From: Amoebophrya sp. A120
Taxonomy: Eukaryota > Protista > Dinoflagellata
DNA length: 64,000 nucleotides
Direction: 5' to 3'
NCBI GenBank assembly: GCA_905178155.1
Contig: CAJINV010000001.1
Span: 15,252,142 to 15,316,141, forward strand
Each line of letters opens with the position of its first letter. Within the stretch, counting starts at the first letter, position 1. The notes below the pieces were generated by a model. That model was not told where the DNA came from. It saw nothing but the letters and a program-made list of their open reading frames with translations, and did no database searches. A program made the translations under genes and the position numbers. Shown one piece after another: positions 11,893 through 23,444 of the stretch.

Positions 11893-14235
11893 ATGCCGAC
11901 CCCGTTATTGTAAGGAAAAATCCCCCCTCCCCATATCGAAAACGAAATTTCTGATGCTGTATTTGAGGTCACAAATCGACTTGTAATGCTAGAAGGCCAA
12001 GAGCCGCAGTCGTGGCCTCGTTTGCAGGCAATTTGTCGTGCTGTTTCCCGCTCTCAGCTGCCTCCTATCATGCTGAAGATGCAAGGCTTGACCACGGCGC
12101 CCAGCACTACAGTCCGCATCTTTTCCCGTGTAGCATGACAAAGCTGATTTGTGACAACAAATCTGCATCACAGATTTCCGTTTTGATATGGGGAGGGGGG
12201 ATTTTTCCTTTTGATACCCGTACTTCAAGTTCACCCGGTTTTGGCAGACCATCGACCCGGTCATTGCCAATGTGCAAATTCCAAAAGAGGTGCGGATCGA
12301 AAACCGACGACTCGGTACGCTGTACCTGTTTTTGATGCTCGGAGCCAGCACCTGGGTGCTGTACAATTTCATCTATTCCAAAGCATGGAACATGGAAGAA
12401 ACCCCGGTGCCGGGTATCATCGAGCTCTGGTCACAGTTGCCCTCAAACCTCACGGGGAACTCCGCAAATGAAAAGCACTGCGCCGACATGAACTACTACG
12501 CTTATGATTGGTCGTCCACCTGGACCTACCGGGCAGAAAAGTGCATGATTTTGCCGCCCGGCGAAAACGTGCACAAGATGGGCAACAAAATGTACATCCC
12601 CACCTACGTCCAGGACAGCTATCAGGTTCCAAATGAATGTTGTTTCTTGCTCATTCTCATTTTTCACTAAAAGATAGATGTGTTGGGCAGGCATCTGATG
12701 TGATTCTATTCTAGTAGCCTACAAGGACCTGCATGGCTTCGATTAAAGGATTTCTTTTTGAAAGCTTGTGAGAGCGCAAACCTAACTACTGCACACGACA
12801 GGTCGGTGGCTCAACGAATTGGACCTTGAATTATTTTGCGCAAAACGTCGATGAGATGTTTATTTACTTCAACCACGGTTACGAAGTGCACGACAAGGAT
12901 GAAGTGAACCGCGGGCGGGACAAGTTCCAGGCGACGAAGGGAATCGTCGGGGAGCAGGCCGAAACGATTCACGGCGAGAAGGGGCAGCTGCTGACGATAA
13001 TCCAGGACGAGGGTGGGAAGCGGGAGTGTATCGTTTCCGGGAAATCGCATTGGTACCCGAAGGACACGAAGAACGGGATTAACGGGAAGCTCAGGGAGTG
13101 GCTGGCCTGCGGCGGCGTTTCCCTGGACAGCGTCAACAACGACGTGAAAAGCGGGTCACCGGAAGAAACGGGAATCCCGACATTTCGGATGTCCGGCTTG
13201 AAGCTGCACTTCGATTTGACCTACCACAACACGTACGGCGGTTCGTGGGAGACGCACCGCGAGAAGGACTGGGAGGGGGTCGTCTGCTACATCCGGGTGC
13301 GCGTCGGCCCCATGTGGAACAGCAACCAGTACGCTAGCCACACCGTCGTGTACAATGGCGTGTACCCGAACACCAACGACCCGGCAAAAGCCGACCCGCA
13401 GTCCGCTTACCGCTACCGCTACCAATACGGTGTGGGTTTGGAAATTCAAGCCGCCGGGGCGTTTGCCTTCCTGGACTACCAGGCGCTCATCACCGGGTTG
13501 GTCAACGCACTCGTGCTGCTGGCGTTGCCGACCTTGGTCGTGAAGTTCGTCGCCTTGTATCTCGTCGGTCCGTCTTCCACGGTGTACGCCAATGTGCAAC
13601 GGGAGCCGCTGGACTTCAACACGGCCATTTACGGGTCCTGCGCGCGGAAAATCATCGCCATGCAGACGTTCAAACAGTTGCTGCAGCAGCACGGCGCGAC
13701 GGAGGAGGGTTTGACCAAGGAGCACTTGCGCAACATGCTGCTGAAGGCCATGCACCAGTGCGTGGTCGACGGCAAACTGGACGAGGAGGCCATCGGGTTG
13801 ATCGCCGAGGCGATGTTGCAGGGCATGGATCAAGACGGGGACGCGCTGATAGAGCTGAACGAGTTTGTCGAGACCTGCAGCGTTGGGGAAAACGTCACCT
13901 CGACGGAAATGGGCCGACTGTTTGACCGCAAGCGGCAGCCGGGTTATCTCGAAAGTCTGTTAACCGACTCGAAAATGAAGGCCATGCTGGCCCACGCGCA
14001 GGGGAAGGGGGCCGGGGAGAGCATTTACGCCAAAAAGAAGCGGTCGTCTAGAAGTCGGGGCAGCTCGCCGGGGGGTGGTTCTGCTCGGAGCAGCAGCCCA
14101 CCGGCGGCGGGGAAGGCGGCGATTCTGGCGGAGGGCGAGGAGGCACTGCGGGCAACGGCGGTACCGTACCCCTCAGAAGGCTTCGATACGGCACACGAAC
14201 TTGAATTCGCAGATGTCGTGTCTTCAAGGGGCTGA
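11893..14235 (+). CDS. P2X receptor-like ion channel with C-terminal EF-hand
   Basis: Exons 11893-11905, 12222-12625, 12802-14235, with an introner at 11906-12221 and a GT-AG intron at 12626-12801. The N-terminus VQIPKEVRIENRRLGTLYLFLML matches the P2X pre-TM1/TM1 region. YQYGVGLEIQAAGAFAFLDYQALITGLVNALVLL matches the P2X YG…G…TM2 region. EF-hand loop DQDGDALIELNE. Confidence 0.8.
11906..12216. mobile_element. TIR introner (non-canonical intron), family B
   Basis: TSD CCCGT at 11901-11905 and 12217-12221. Left end TATTGTAAGGAAAAATCCCCCCTCCCCATATC; right end GATATGGGGAGGGGGGATTTTTCCTTTTGATA. Pairing extends inward (GTCACAAATC/GATTTGTGAC). Removing 316 nt joins MPTP to YFKFTRFWQ. Confidence 0.92.
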
Positions 14236-15152
14236 AGACGAACAAGTTGTTTTTCTGTACTTCGTCGAGTTGATTTGGTAGATTTCAGAATGGAGACAGG
14301 AACTCAAAGTAAAGAGCGATACGATAGTAAATTACTTCCGGACCACCCTCTCGTGTAGAAATTGGAGTTTGAATTCGAGCAGTGTCACTATGCCGAAAGA
14401 AGTACAAAATTGATTACAAGATTGTTGATATTTCATTGTACAGAAAAGTAGCAGCCACAGCACTTTTTGTTTCTTGCGAAGATTTTCTTCTGACGACAAC
14501 GAATATGTAAATAAATCGGACACTTGATGCGATGAAAGGTAAGGTTTTCCAGCTCCTGCTTAGATAGAAGTTGAGCACACTAGTCACCGTGGGGTGAACG
14601 ATGAGTTTGTGCAAGTGACAGTGTTTCCTGAAATGCTCGGCCGTTCTTCGTAGCGGAGACTAGACTAAGTACATCAATACCTGTGTTGGCTTTCAACAGG
14701 GTTAGCCTTACCAGATCCACTTTTTTGAACTAGGCAAAGATCACGTCATGCACGATCACATTGGCTGTGGTTTGTCATTGTCTTTATGGTGATCGGGGGA
14801 CAAACTATCTCTATCAACAGCAGCATATTGGCGGTCGTTCCTTTGTTGTGTCTTTCGTGATCCCATACTTGTTCTTGTGCGTTTTGCATCCGGACAGCAG
14901 TATTTTTGCAATCGCAACAAGGTTGATCCTAATGAGATGGATCGTTGACCCGTTCTCTTTTAAACCCTTTACTGGGTAACATCATCATCATCAGATCAAC
15001 CATGGATTACATGTTAATATGTGAGTATTACATGTGAAAAGCGACCCGCACAGATGGAAAACATTGGAGTAGGGAATTTCCCCGAAGCTGCCAAGTTTCT
15101 CATCCCCGGTGCTCGATGTTGCTAGTGCTACGGTACAGTCACAATATAATAT

Positions 15153-17522
15153 TTGAAGGAGTGTGTATCTGTCTCGTCTGTTGAATCTGACAACGGAGGT
15201 AGTGCTGCTGCGGAAAGTAAGATGAAGAACTCAGTACGAACCAGATATCGGCCACTTCACAGTGGCTCAGCTGCGTTAAAGACCAGAACGCACTCACTTT
15301 TGGTCGGAAGTCAGCACAGCAAGTTGGAGCAACGACTCACGCCATCATCTCTCTGGACGGCAAAGCGATTTCAGAGCAAGGTCGGGTTTGCACTGCCGGC
15401 AGATTTCGACTTCAACGAGGCTACCGCAGATGTGCAGGAGTATGCACAAAATTCACCTTCGGGCGATCGGCTTTCACGTCCAGAAGTACCCGACCGAGCT
15501 CCGCTGGACACGGGTACAGCAGATAATGCAGTACTTGGCAGAAAGGATAAGGACGACCACAAGAGTCGGCGAGTTTTTCAATCGACACGGACAGGGGCGT
15601 CAACTACGCCTGCTGCTTGTGCAACCGATATCGAAAAAGATATCAATCGCGAGGAAGTAGTACCAGAATCACGAGCTGCGCCCGATGAAGTAGCTGCTGA
15701 AACTCACGAGGACGGGAAGGTCGAGGACGTGGAGCAATTGAAGGAGGAAGTTCGTACCTTGTTCAAAAACTTGCGCGGTCAGGCTCTTGACAAGCTGGAG
15801 GACTTTTCGCCGGTCCACCTTTTTTCGCTCGCCTGGGCCTTTTCCACCGCGAGAATTCTCGATGATGAGCTGTACAACCGGTTGTCTCAGCGGGCGCTGC
15901 TGCTCGCGCTCGAAATGGACGAAAAGTGGTTACCGGGGGTGTTTTTGCCGGGAAAGAAGGCGGGTGAGCACGTGGCATCTGCATCTACGTCGCAAGTACC
16001 AAAGTCGCAGCTTCTAGCTGGATGCGAAGAAACAAGCGAAGCTGCAGCGTGCCAGGACGAGACGCATGTCGTAAACAAACACATAAACACTTTCGACCGA
16101 GTTGCAGATGCCGCGGCGCTCTACCACCGGCACGATGACAAGACTGTCGTAAACCAAAACTTCGGGGACTGGCACGGGACAAAGATGACCATCGTGAAGG
16201 AGTCGCCGCACTGGATCGCGCTGCACAAAACCATCAAGTGGGTGGTCAACCAGCAAGGGGACGGGAGTGCGGCGGACGACACGGATTTGGCGGACGCGGA
16301 ACAGGCAGAGATGCTGAATCAGAACGAAGCTGCACAGGATGGTACGGCAGCAGGCACCGCTCTAGTCAGGCCGAAATCCAAGGCCCCGTCAGTCCATCAC
16401 TGGGTGCGGAAAAAATACGGGTACGCATACCCGATTTGCAACCGTGCGGACTTCTCCTACGGAATTCTGCACCGCTTAGACCACGAGACGTCCGGCGCTT
16501 TGCTCTGTGCGAAAACCTGGCTCGCCTACTACTGGCTGCGGCTGCAGTGGTGTGCCGTGAAGGTGCGGAAGCAGTACGTGGTTTTGTGCCACGGCCACGT
16601 CAATCGGAATGTGAAGGAATGCAAGGGGCGGATCAAGGTTTTGAAGCGCATCGTCGGCGGAAAAAAGACCTGTCTTGCCAGCATTGAGAAGACCGGAAAG
16701 CCGGCGAAAACGGGGATTGATGTGCTCGGGCACTTCTGGCTCCCGCGACCGAGAAGCAGCAGAAACTTTGTTCCGGCCGGGATGAGAAGTCCTGTCTTGC
16801 AGGTGACCGACAGTCTGCAGCCGGGACGACAAATCGTAAATGATGCAGGGGACGGTACAGGCACTGGAGGTTTCGACGTCGAGGAAGATCATGACAACTG
16901 TGCAGACGAAGTAGAAAACGGAGAAATAAACACGACGAATATGATGCCTGTGTCGCTCGTTCGCTGCCGGCTGTTCACGGGGCGAACCCACCAGATCAGG
17001 GTTCACCTGTCGAAGGAGTTGAACCACCCGATCTTTGGCGATAAGAAGTACAGCTCGAGCGAACGACTGAACGAAGACAACGCACTTTGGAAAGAGACTT
17101 TGTACAAGCCAAAAATCTCTTCCACCCCTGCTGTTGTGTCGGAGGAAATTGCGGAAAGTGAAGAACTACCAGGGAAATCTTTCTCCACCGACCCTCAAGA
17201 GGAACTGAAACGTGTCGAGAGTACTGCCTTTGCAGACGCGCAAGTAACAGGCAGTCGCGACGAGCAGCAACAAGGCGCGAAGAAAGACCCATCGGTGGAG
17301 CAGACCCGGTGGTGGGGAAGGATGTTCTTGCACACACACAGCCTGGAATTTGACGACGTCCCGAGGATAGACGAAACAACCGGAAAAACTGTCTGCGATC
17401 GCCAAGAAGTGTACGTGCCGGTCTCCGCAGAGTTGCAAGCGTTGCTGCGTCGAGCGAAACCAGTGGCAGAAGCAGATGAAAACGCGTTGGCAGGATGGAT
17501 TGAAACAGACGTACCTCCGTGA
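15153..17522 (+). CDS. RluA-family RNA pseudouridine synthase (true 5' end unresolved)
   Basis: Motifs LHRLDHETSGALL (catalytic Asp), VRKQYVVL, LFTGRTHQIRVHL, HPIFGDKKY and MFLHTHSLEF. An in-frame stop lies just upstream, so the start is either ATG 15222 or an upstream exon. Confidence 0.88.
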   Translation: MKECVSVSSVESDNGGSAAAESKMKNSVRTRYRPLHSGSAALKTRTHSLLVGSQHSKLEQRLTPSSLWTAKRFQSKVGFALPADFDFNEATADVQEYAQNSPSGDRLSRPEVPDRAPLDTGTADNAVLGRKDKDDHKSRRVFQSTRTGASTTPAACATDIEKDINREEVVPESRAAPDEVAAETHEDGKVEDVEQLKEEVRTLFKNLRGQALDKLEDFSPVHLFSLAWAFSTARILDDELYNRLSQRALLLALEMDEKWLPGVFLPGKKAGEHVASASTSQVPKSQLLAGCEETSEAAACQDETHVVNKHINTFDRVADAAALYHRHDDKTVVNQNFGDWHGTKMTIVKESPHWIALHKTIKWVVNQQGDGSAADDTDLADAEQAEMLNQNEAAQDGTAAGTALVRPKSKAPSVHHWVRKKYGYAYPICNRADFSYGILHRLDHETSGALLCAKTWLAYYWLRLQWCAVKVRKQYVVLCHGHVNRNVKECKGRIKVLKRIVGGKKTCLASIEKTGKPAKTGIDVLGHFWLPRPRSSRNFVPAGMRSPVLQVTDSLQPGRQIVNDAGDGTGTGGFDVEEDHDNCADEVENGEINTTNMMPVSLVRCRLFTGRTHQIRVHLSKELNHPIFGDKKYSSSERLNEDNALWKETLYKPKISSTPAVVSEEIAESEELPGKSFSTDPQEELKRVESTAFADAQVTGSRDEQQQGAKKDPSVEQTRWWGRMFLHTHSLEFDDVPRIDETTGKTVCDRQEVYVPVSAELQALLRRAKPVAEADENALAGWIETDVPP

Positions 17523-17905
17523 ATGAGTTTTACTGGCAAATATTCTCAGATCTTGGCCGAGGGCTTTTGCGGGAACGCACTACACTAGAAAAAATAACGA
17601 TCCAAATCTGGTCCTGGTCAGAAAAGAAGAAGAACCAACGACAAAAGCAGTCATTTGGTACTAGAGTGGATCGTGCTAGTTTTGTTCGGCTCCTAGTTGC
17701 TCGTTCATGCTCTCTGCCTATTTTGAAGGTCCTGAAATATGTTCTTGAGCTGGAGGTAGAATTTTTCGGGATGAATTCTGCAGTGAAAGTAGTTGTGCCA
17801 GATGAGAGCAGGACGTTGTAGCACTTAAGTACACGGCACTACCAGCTTAGATAGAAAGTAGAAGTGTCCATCTGTTCGTTCGAGCACACAGTAGCTCCCA
17901 TAACA

Positions 17906-19327
17906 ATGAGCGCCGAGGAACAAGGCGAAATTGCAGCTGTCGTGGCGGCGGAACACGAACAAAGCGACTCCGAGCCGCGCCAAGCCGTTTGCTGGCGCCT
18001 TGTGGATTTTGGCGAAGAGAAGGGCAAGGGCATGCGCGCGACTCGTGCGATTTCGCGCGGTGAGCTTCTCTATTCCGACCCGGCTTTGCCTCTGTTCATT
18101 CAGACCGAAGGGTGCGCACGCGAAATTGACGAGGCCATGGGCTTTCAGCAAGATAGCTCCTCCGATGATGATTCCGACGCGGAGTCAGACTACTCTACTG
18201 ACGATAGGGACGATGCTAATAATGAAGAAGAACAACTCGAAGATTGGTGGCGCCGCCGCGTCACGCGGTCCGAGCTCGACTTATTTGCGCAAGCCTTTCC
18301 GATGAATTGCAGTGACAAGATGCCGCCCAGCATGCGGATGATGCGGAAATACAATTTTGTTCGGAAGCAGTTTGCCCATTTGCGCCAGGGACTACTCGAT
18401 GAGGTGAGGGTGAATCCCACCGAGCGGCAGAAGTTTCTGGACGCTCACGATTCGTTCGCGCACGTGCTGGGCCGACAGACGGTGCTGGGGACTTGGCAGA
18501 CCAACGCGATGGCGATTTCGCCGGATCAGTCGGATTTCCTGCCGAAGGGCGCTATGCCGGCGGTCATGTGTCCTCTGGTGGCACGACTGAACCACAGTTG
18601 CAGCCCCAACGTGCTACATCACTGGGACGCTGCAAAGAAGGAAATGCGGGTGGTGGCAGCTCGGGACATTGAGCCGGGGGACGAATTGTGCACGAGCTAC
18701 TGCGAACTGCGTCAAACGAAGGAGGACCGACAGGATTTTCTGCGCGAGTTCTACGGCTTCACCTGCGCCTGTTCATCGTGCTCATTGGACAGCTCTGACG
18801 AAGAGGCATTGAACGGCGGCGCGGGAGAACTCAGCGACATTCGGCGGGAAAGAATACAGGAGCTCTCGGCGCAGGTGTTTGCGGACGAAAACGAAATGTG
18901 TGGAAGAGGACCTGCCCACAATACTAGACGACCAGCAGCCGCGCATCAGCGCTCAACGGAAAGGGCCGTGACGGAGCTGATTCGGCTGCTAAAGGAGGAA
19001 GCATTGTTCTGTCCAGTGTTCGAATACAGATGCAACTCTGCGCTTTTTGAATCGGCGGTGCGGCACAAGGATCGTGAGCAGGCGTTTCTCATCGCAGAGA
19101 AGTGCGCAAAGGCGCTGGGGAGCTATATGGGATCGGATGAGACGGAGGTGCGGATATGGAGAAGGCGTGCGATTGACGAAGAGTATCTGGTCCAGCATCC
19201 ATTGTGGGGGCAGAAAAAAGAGAGGCAGAGCAAAACGACACGAGAAAGTGGATCCTTTGAGGAATCGTCCAGGAGGGGGCGCAAAAAGGACTATGGCCGG
19301 CGTACGAAGGGGAATGATAGACTGTGA
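17906..19327 (+). CDS. SET-domain lysine methyltransferase (SMYD/SET5-like)
   Basis: KGKGMRATRAISRGELL, ARLNHSCSPN, AARDIEPGDELCTSY, and post-SET YGFTCACSSC. Single ORF. Confidence 0.9.
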   Translation: MSAEEQGEIAAVVAAEHEQSDSEPRQAVCWRLVDFGEEKGKGMRATRAISRGELLYSDPALPLFIQTEGCAREIDEAMGFQQDSSSDDDSDAESDYSTDDRDDANNEEEQLEDWWRRRVTRSELDLFAQAFPMNCSDKMPPSMRMMRKYNFVRKQFAHLRQGLLDEVRVNPTERQKFLDAHDSFAHVLGRQTVLGTWQTNAMAISPDQSDFLPKGAMPAVMCPLVARLNHSCSPNVLHHWDAAKKEMRVVAARDIEPGDELCTSYCELRQTKEDRQDFLREFYGFTCACSSCSLDSSDEEALNGGAGELSDIRRERIQELSAQVFADENEMCGRGPAHNTRRPAAAHQRSTERAVTELIRLLKEEALFCPVFEYRCNSALFESAVRHKDREQAFLIAEKCAKALGSYMGSDETEVRIWRRRAIDEEYLVQHPLWGQKKERQSKTTRESGSFEESSRRGRKKDYGRRTKGNDRL

Positions 19328-20169
19328 GTGTGCGTGACCACGTGTACTGCAAAGGGCGACCATCATAAATAAAATGAACTTTTGCTTTCGACGACGGCGA
19401 CCAAGCGACAGACAACGTTGTGTCAATGGGCAAGGCCAAGATCATATGTTTCGCGCTACAGAAAACGACTCAACCGCTAGTGTAAAGCTTTTTCGCATGA
19501 CTCTCGTGAAGCAGTGCCTATTGCTGAATCCTATAACGAATCCGTTGTTCGGTCAGTCAAGAAGTGTTGGCTTCAACTTTCTCAGCTGCGCATCAGTCAG
19601 TCGCATCCTCAATAATCCAAGTTCGTAATAGAAGCAATCGGTACATTCGCCCTTAGTATAGCAGCTTGTGAGTTGTGCTAGTCGGTAAAAAACAGGTAGA
19701 ATTAAAAATGTATGACGTGAAGAGACTTGACTCGTGAAGATGCTGATGTTGTTCTCGGTCTCGGCACAGATACGACATCGAGTCGGTTGTGATTGGAATT
19801 CGTACGAAAAAAACAGAAACTTTCGGTCGTATGATGTCGTTTCGTAGACATAGTCGTAGCGTCAAAATTCAACACTTCGGCCTGGCTCAGGCTCTCGTGC
19901 GCAAGTTTGTCGTTCCTGTTGCTTCTTCGAGAAAGAAGCTTTCGTCTCGTTTGGTTTCGTCAACTACTACGCTAGGACTTAAGAATAGACCGGCTGATGC
20001 TCAATACGCGGCTTATCTCCTGTAGAAACTCGACGAATACAACCAGGAATTTATCCCACTCCATTTTATCCCCTTTCGAACGAATTTCACGCAGTACTTC
20101 TCGTTTATTTACGGTTTGTACCTGTAGTACTGTTCACGACTGAATGAAAACTGTCAGTTCTCAGACACT

Positions 20170-23100
20170 ATGGAAAATACCGCCCCTGGGGAGAAGAAGG
20201 AAGCGCAACTCGCCGAGCCGCTTCTGACCGCTGCCGTTGACCCAGCCACGTTACAACTGCAACAACAGCAATTGCTGCAGCAACAGCAACTGTTCCAGCA
20301 ACCCCCAGCAGCGAGCGCGTATACTCCGCTTGCAACTACAGCCAACCCAGCCCAATTCCTTCCGCAACCCGAGGGAGAGGCACCTCCTCCCAACGTGGTA
20401 AGCGAGGGCGAAAAGCAAGTTCTCTCAGTTCCGGTTCTTCCAACGAAGTTCCTGGTCACCCCGACCGTACCTCCGACTGCAGCCGACGTGACTACAACTG
20501 GTCCTGTAGCAGCTGCGCCACAAATTACGTCAAGTCCGGCTGCTCCGGCACCTCCTGCAGTTCCAACCTACGCGACCGACCCAGCCAGTGCGCTGCCTGG
20601 CGTCCAAGCTGCACCGGTATCGCCGGACTACTTTCACCAGGCACAGCCCATCGGGTTCAGAGTCACTAAAGGCAGCGTAAGTGGCGCGACCACCCCGAGA
20701 GCCGGGTTTTCCGTGGATTCCCCCTTCACCCTTGCGGTTCCCTCGCTAGACGTTCGCACCGGCGGGGCACTGGTGCGTCAAGTTCAAGGCGTCATAGAAC
20801 CGCACTGGGCACTGGATCTACCGATCCTGACATGTATTGAATGTTACCTGATCTTTTTGGTTCAGAGGATGCCATTGTCAGTGAATTTATATATGCAAGT
20901 AGTGGACTTAGCGTTAGGCGGTAGCTGACGAGCTCGATCACTAACGCATACGCAAAATGTCGCAAAAGGTTTTTTCTTGTAAACATCATCGAAAAATAAT
21001 CAAACTGTTCTATCACAGCACGTCGTCGCAGCAGATCTCGAAGTCTCGGTAAGGAGGTTAGTGTGAGCAAGAGTCCCAGCACCGTCGGAATGCAACCAGA
21101 CGGACGCGACCTTGGGCAAACCGAAAGAGACCTTGTGCGTGCGAGAAATCTCGCGCAGTTTTTCCTCGCCGAGCGCAACGGTATTTTGGCGGAAAGGAAC
21201 GAGCCGGTGCCTGATTTCTTCCAGCGCGGCCCCTACTCCGCTCGCAGCGCCCAGCCCGGAGGCATGTACAACTACGGCTTGAACCCTAGACTTTACAGCC
21301 CACCGGTGCCGCTGCCGGCACAGGCGGACCCGATGGTGGGGCTAAAGACGGCACAGGACTACTACACCGCCTACCAGCCGCTAGGGCTTCCCCCGTCTCC
21401 CCCGGTCGCCGGTATGATGCAACCGGCGCCACAGATGGGACAAGCACAAGCCGCACCACAACCCGTGGCCGCACCTACACCCGACGTTGCAGTTGCGAGT
21501 TCGAGTGCTGTTCCCGCCGTTTCATCACAAGACATGCCCGGTAGCAGCGGACAAGCACCCGCGATGGGTATGGACGTCGCAAGTGCCACACCGTACATGA
21601 ATATAAATAATCTCCCAGCACCAGCAGCTCCTGCGGATCAGGCGAAACTTCCCGATCCGCGCGCGACGCAGCAGATCGGATTCAATCCGCTTCCCGTAGC
21701 GCAGCAGATGCCGCCGCAGTACTATCCCCCCGTCGCGGCGTACCAATACCCGCAGATGTCGCCCCCCCAAGCCAACATGCTTCAGCAGCAGCAGGGGTAC
21801 GCACCGCCGTCGGCCCCCATGTTCGCGAAGACCTCCATGCAGCAACCACTCATGCAGCAGCAGCCGCAGCAGGCCGCGCAAGCCACAGCCAAAGCGCTCA
21901 AGACCGGTCCCCCGCCGGCGCCGCCAGGCAGTGTGGAGATGACGGAACCCAAGACGGCGGAGGGCGCGGTCGAGAAGAAGCACGCGAAAAAGAAAGCCAA
22001 CGTGCACGCGGTTCCCGGCAAGGGCCGTGGGGGCGCGCTGGGCGCGCTGATGATGGTCGCTTCGGTAGTTGCCGCGGAAGAGGACGACGAGGACGACGGG
22101 CAGCCCAAGCAGTCGTTTATGGAATTGATGGAGACGATCGAGCTGCCCTTCATCATCCGGGTACCGCTGAACTACATCATCTTGCCCATCGTCGACGCGT
22201 TGTTGTGGATATCCTGTGCAAAAGTATCGTACTCGTATTGTCATCATGCATTACAAATCCTGTTCTTAAGGCAAATTAGCATTGCAAATTTTAATTCTCA
22301 TGCTGAGGAAATTTGTAATGCATTTATACGAGTGCGATACATACTTTTGCACTGCATAGTGGATTTGGTTCACGATTTTATGGCGCATCATCAAGTTGAT
22401 CCTGATCGGCCCCTGCTGGCTGATCTACCACGGGGTTTGCTTTTGCCTCGGCGGAGGCGACGAGCTGATTTACTGCGTGTACGGGGTCGCCTTAGCGTTT
22501 TTTGGCGGGCAGTACCACACCGCAACCGCCGCGATTGCCGCGTTCAACATGGGCGGGGGCGGCGAGATTTTGGAACACTTCGCTGCGATCCGCGACAACA
22601 TCAAGTGGATCGCGCGGCAGACTACGATGGACGACGAGGAGGACCTGGATGGGGACGGGGTCGCGGACGTGCACCAAATCTCCAACCGGGAGTTCGTGAA
22701 GCGGAAAATTCTCCTCTTCCTCGAGCACTGCGAACCCGGGCGGCTCACCGACGCGATCATGGCCACGTACGGAGGTACGGTGGGCGTGTTGCTTACCGTC
22801 AACTGCGCGGCCGCCGCTTTCACTAGTCTCGGCGTGTCTATGGCCATGCTCTCGGGAAAAATCGCCGCCTACACACTAACGCCACTCATCCTCAAGTGGA
22901 TGCAGGGAAGATACAAGTACATAACTTAACATTATTATCTTGGGAGTGCTGGAGTCTCTGCTGACAGTACTAACGTGCACAACTGTATTTATTTGTATTG
23001 AGCAGAAGATGCTGAAGAAATAAGAATAGTTGTTTTGTTCTGACGGTAAAATCAAAAAAAAAATTGCAAAAAAAATCACAAATACTCTGAAACAGGCAAT

Positions 23101-23444
23101 GGGTGCACACGTTCGTGAATTACATCACGATTTTCGTCTGCCTGTTCCTCGCGTTCTACTTCCAGGAAGTGACGTACCGACTGCAGTCCGCGCTGAACGG
23201 GGGGTGCATTTTCGCCGAGAGCGCGCTGTGCTGGTACTACCGGGCGGTGAAGCCGGATCCGGATTTCGATCTCGACACCACCATGCTGGACGAATACATC
23301 GGCTGGTCGCTGGCCGCGGTCGGGTTGGTGTTCCAAGTTTCCGACCACACGCACACACTGGAATGGCCCTACAACATCTTCGTCACCCCTTTGTTGTTCG
23401 TTACCTGGTTGGTCAACTACCTGGCCGGCGTTCTGCTGGGCTGA
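20170..23444 (+). CDS. Membrane protein with Pro/Gln-rich N-terminus and multi-TM C-terminal domain
   Basis: Exons about 20170-20776, about 21019-22209, 22364-22916, 23096-23444. The first intron boundaries are uncertain. Introner at 22210-22363 and GT-AG intron at 22917-23095. Spliced junction reads ALLW/IWFTILWRIIKLILIGPCW. DLDGDGVAD is a Ca-binding-like motif. Confidence 0.75.
22210..22358. mobile_element. TIR introner (non-canonical intron), family C
   Basis: TSD GTGGA at 22205-22209 and 22359-22363. Left end TATCCTGTGCAAAAGTATCGTACTCGTAT; right end ATACGAGTGCGATACATACTTTTGCACTGCATA. Inner stem ATGCATTACAAAT/ATTTGTAATGCAT. Removing 154 nt restores the frame. Confidence 0.92.
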
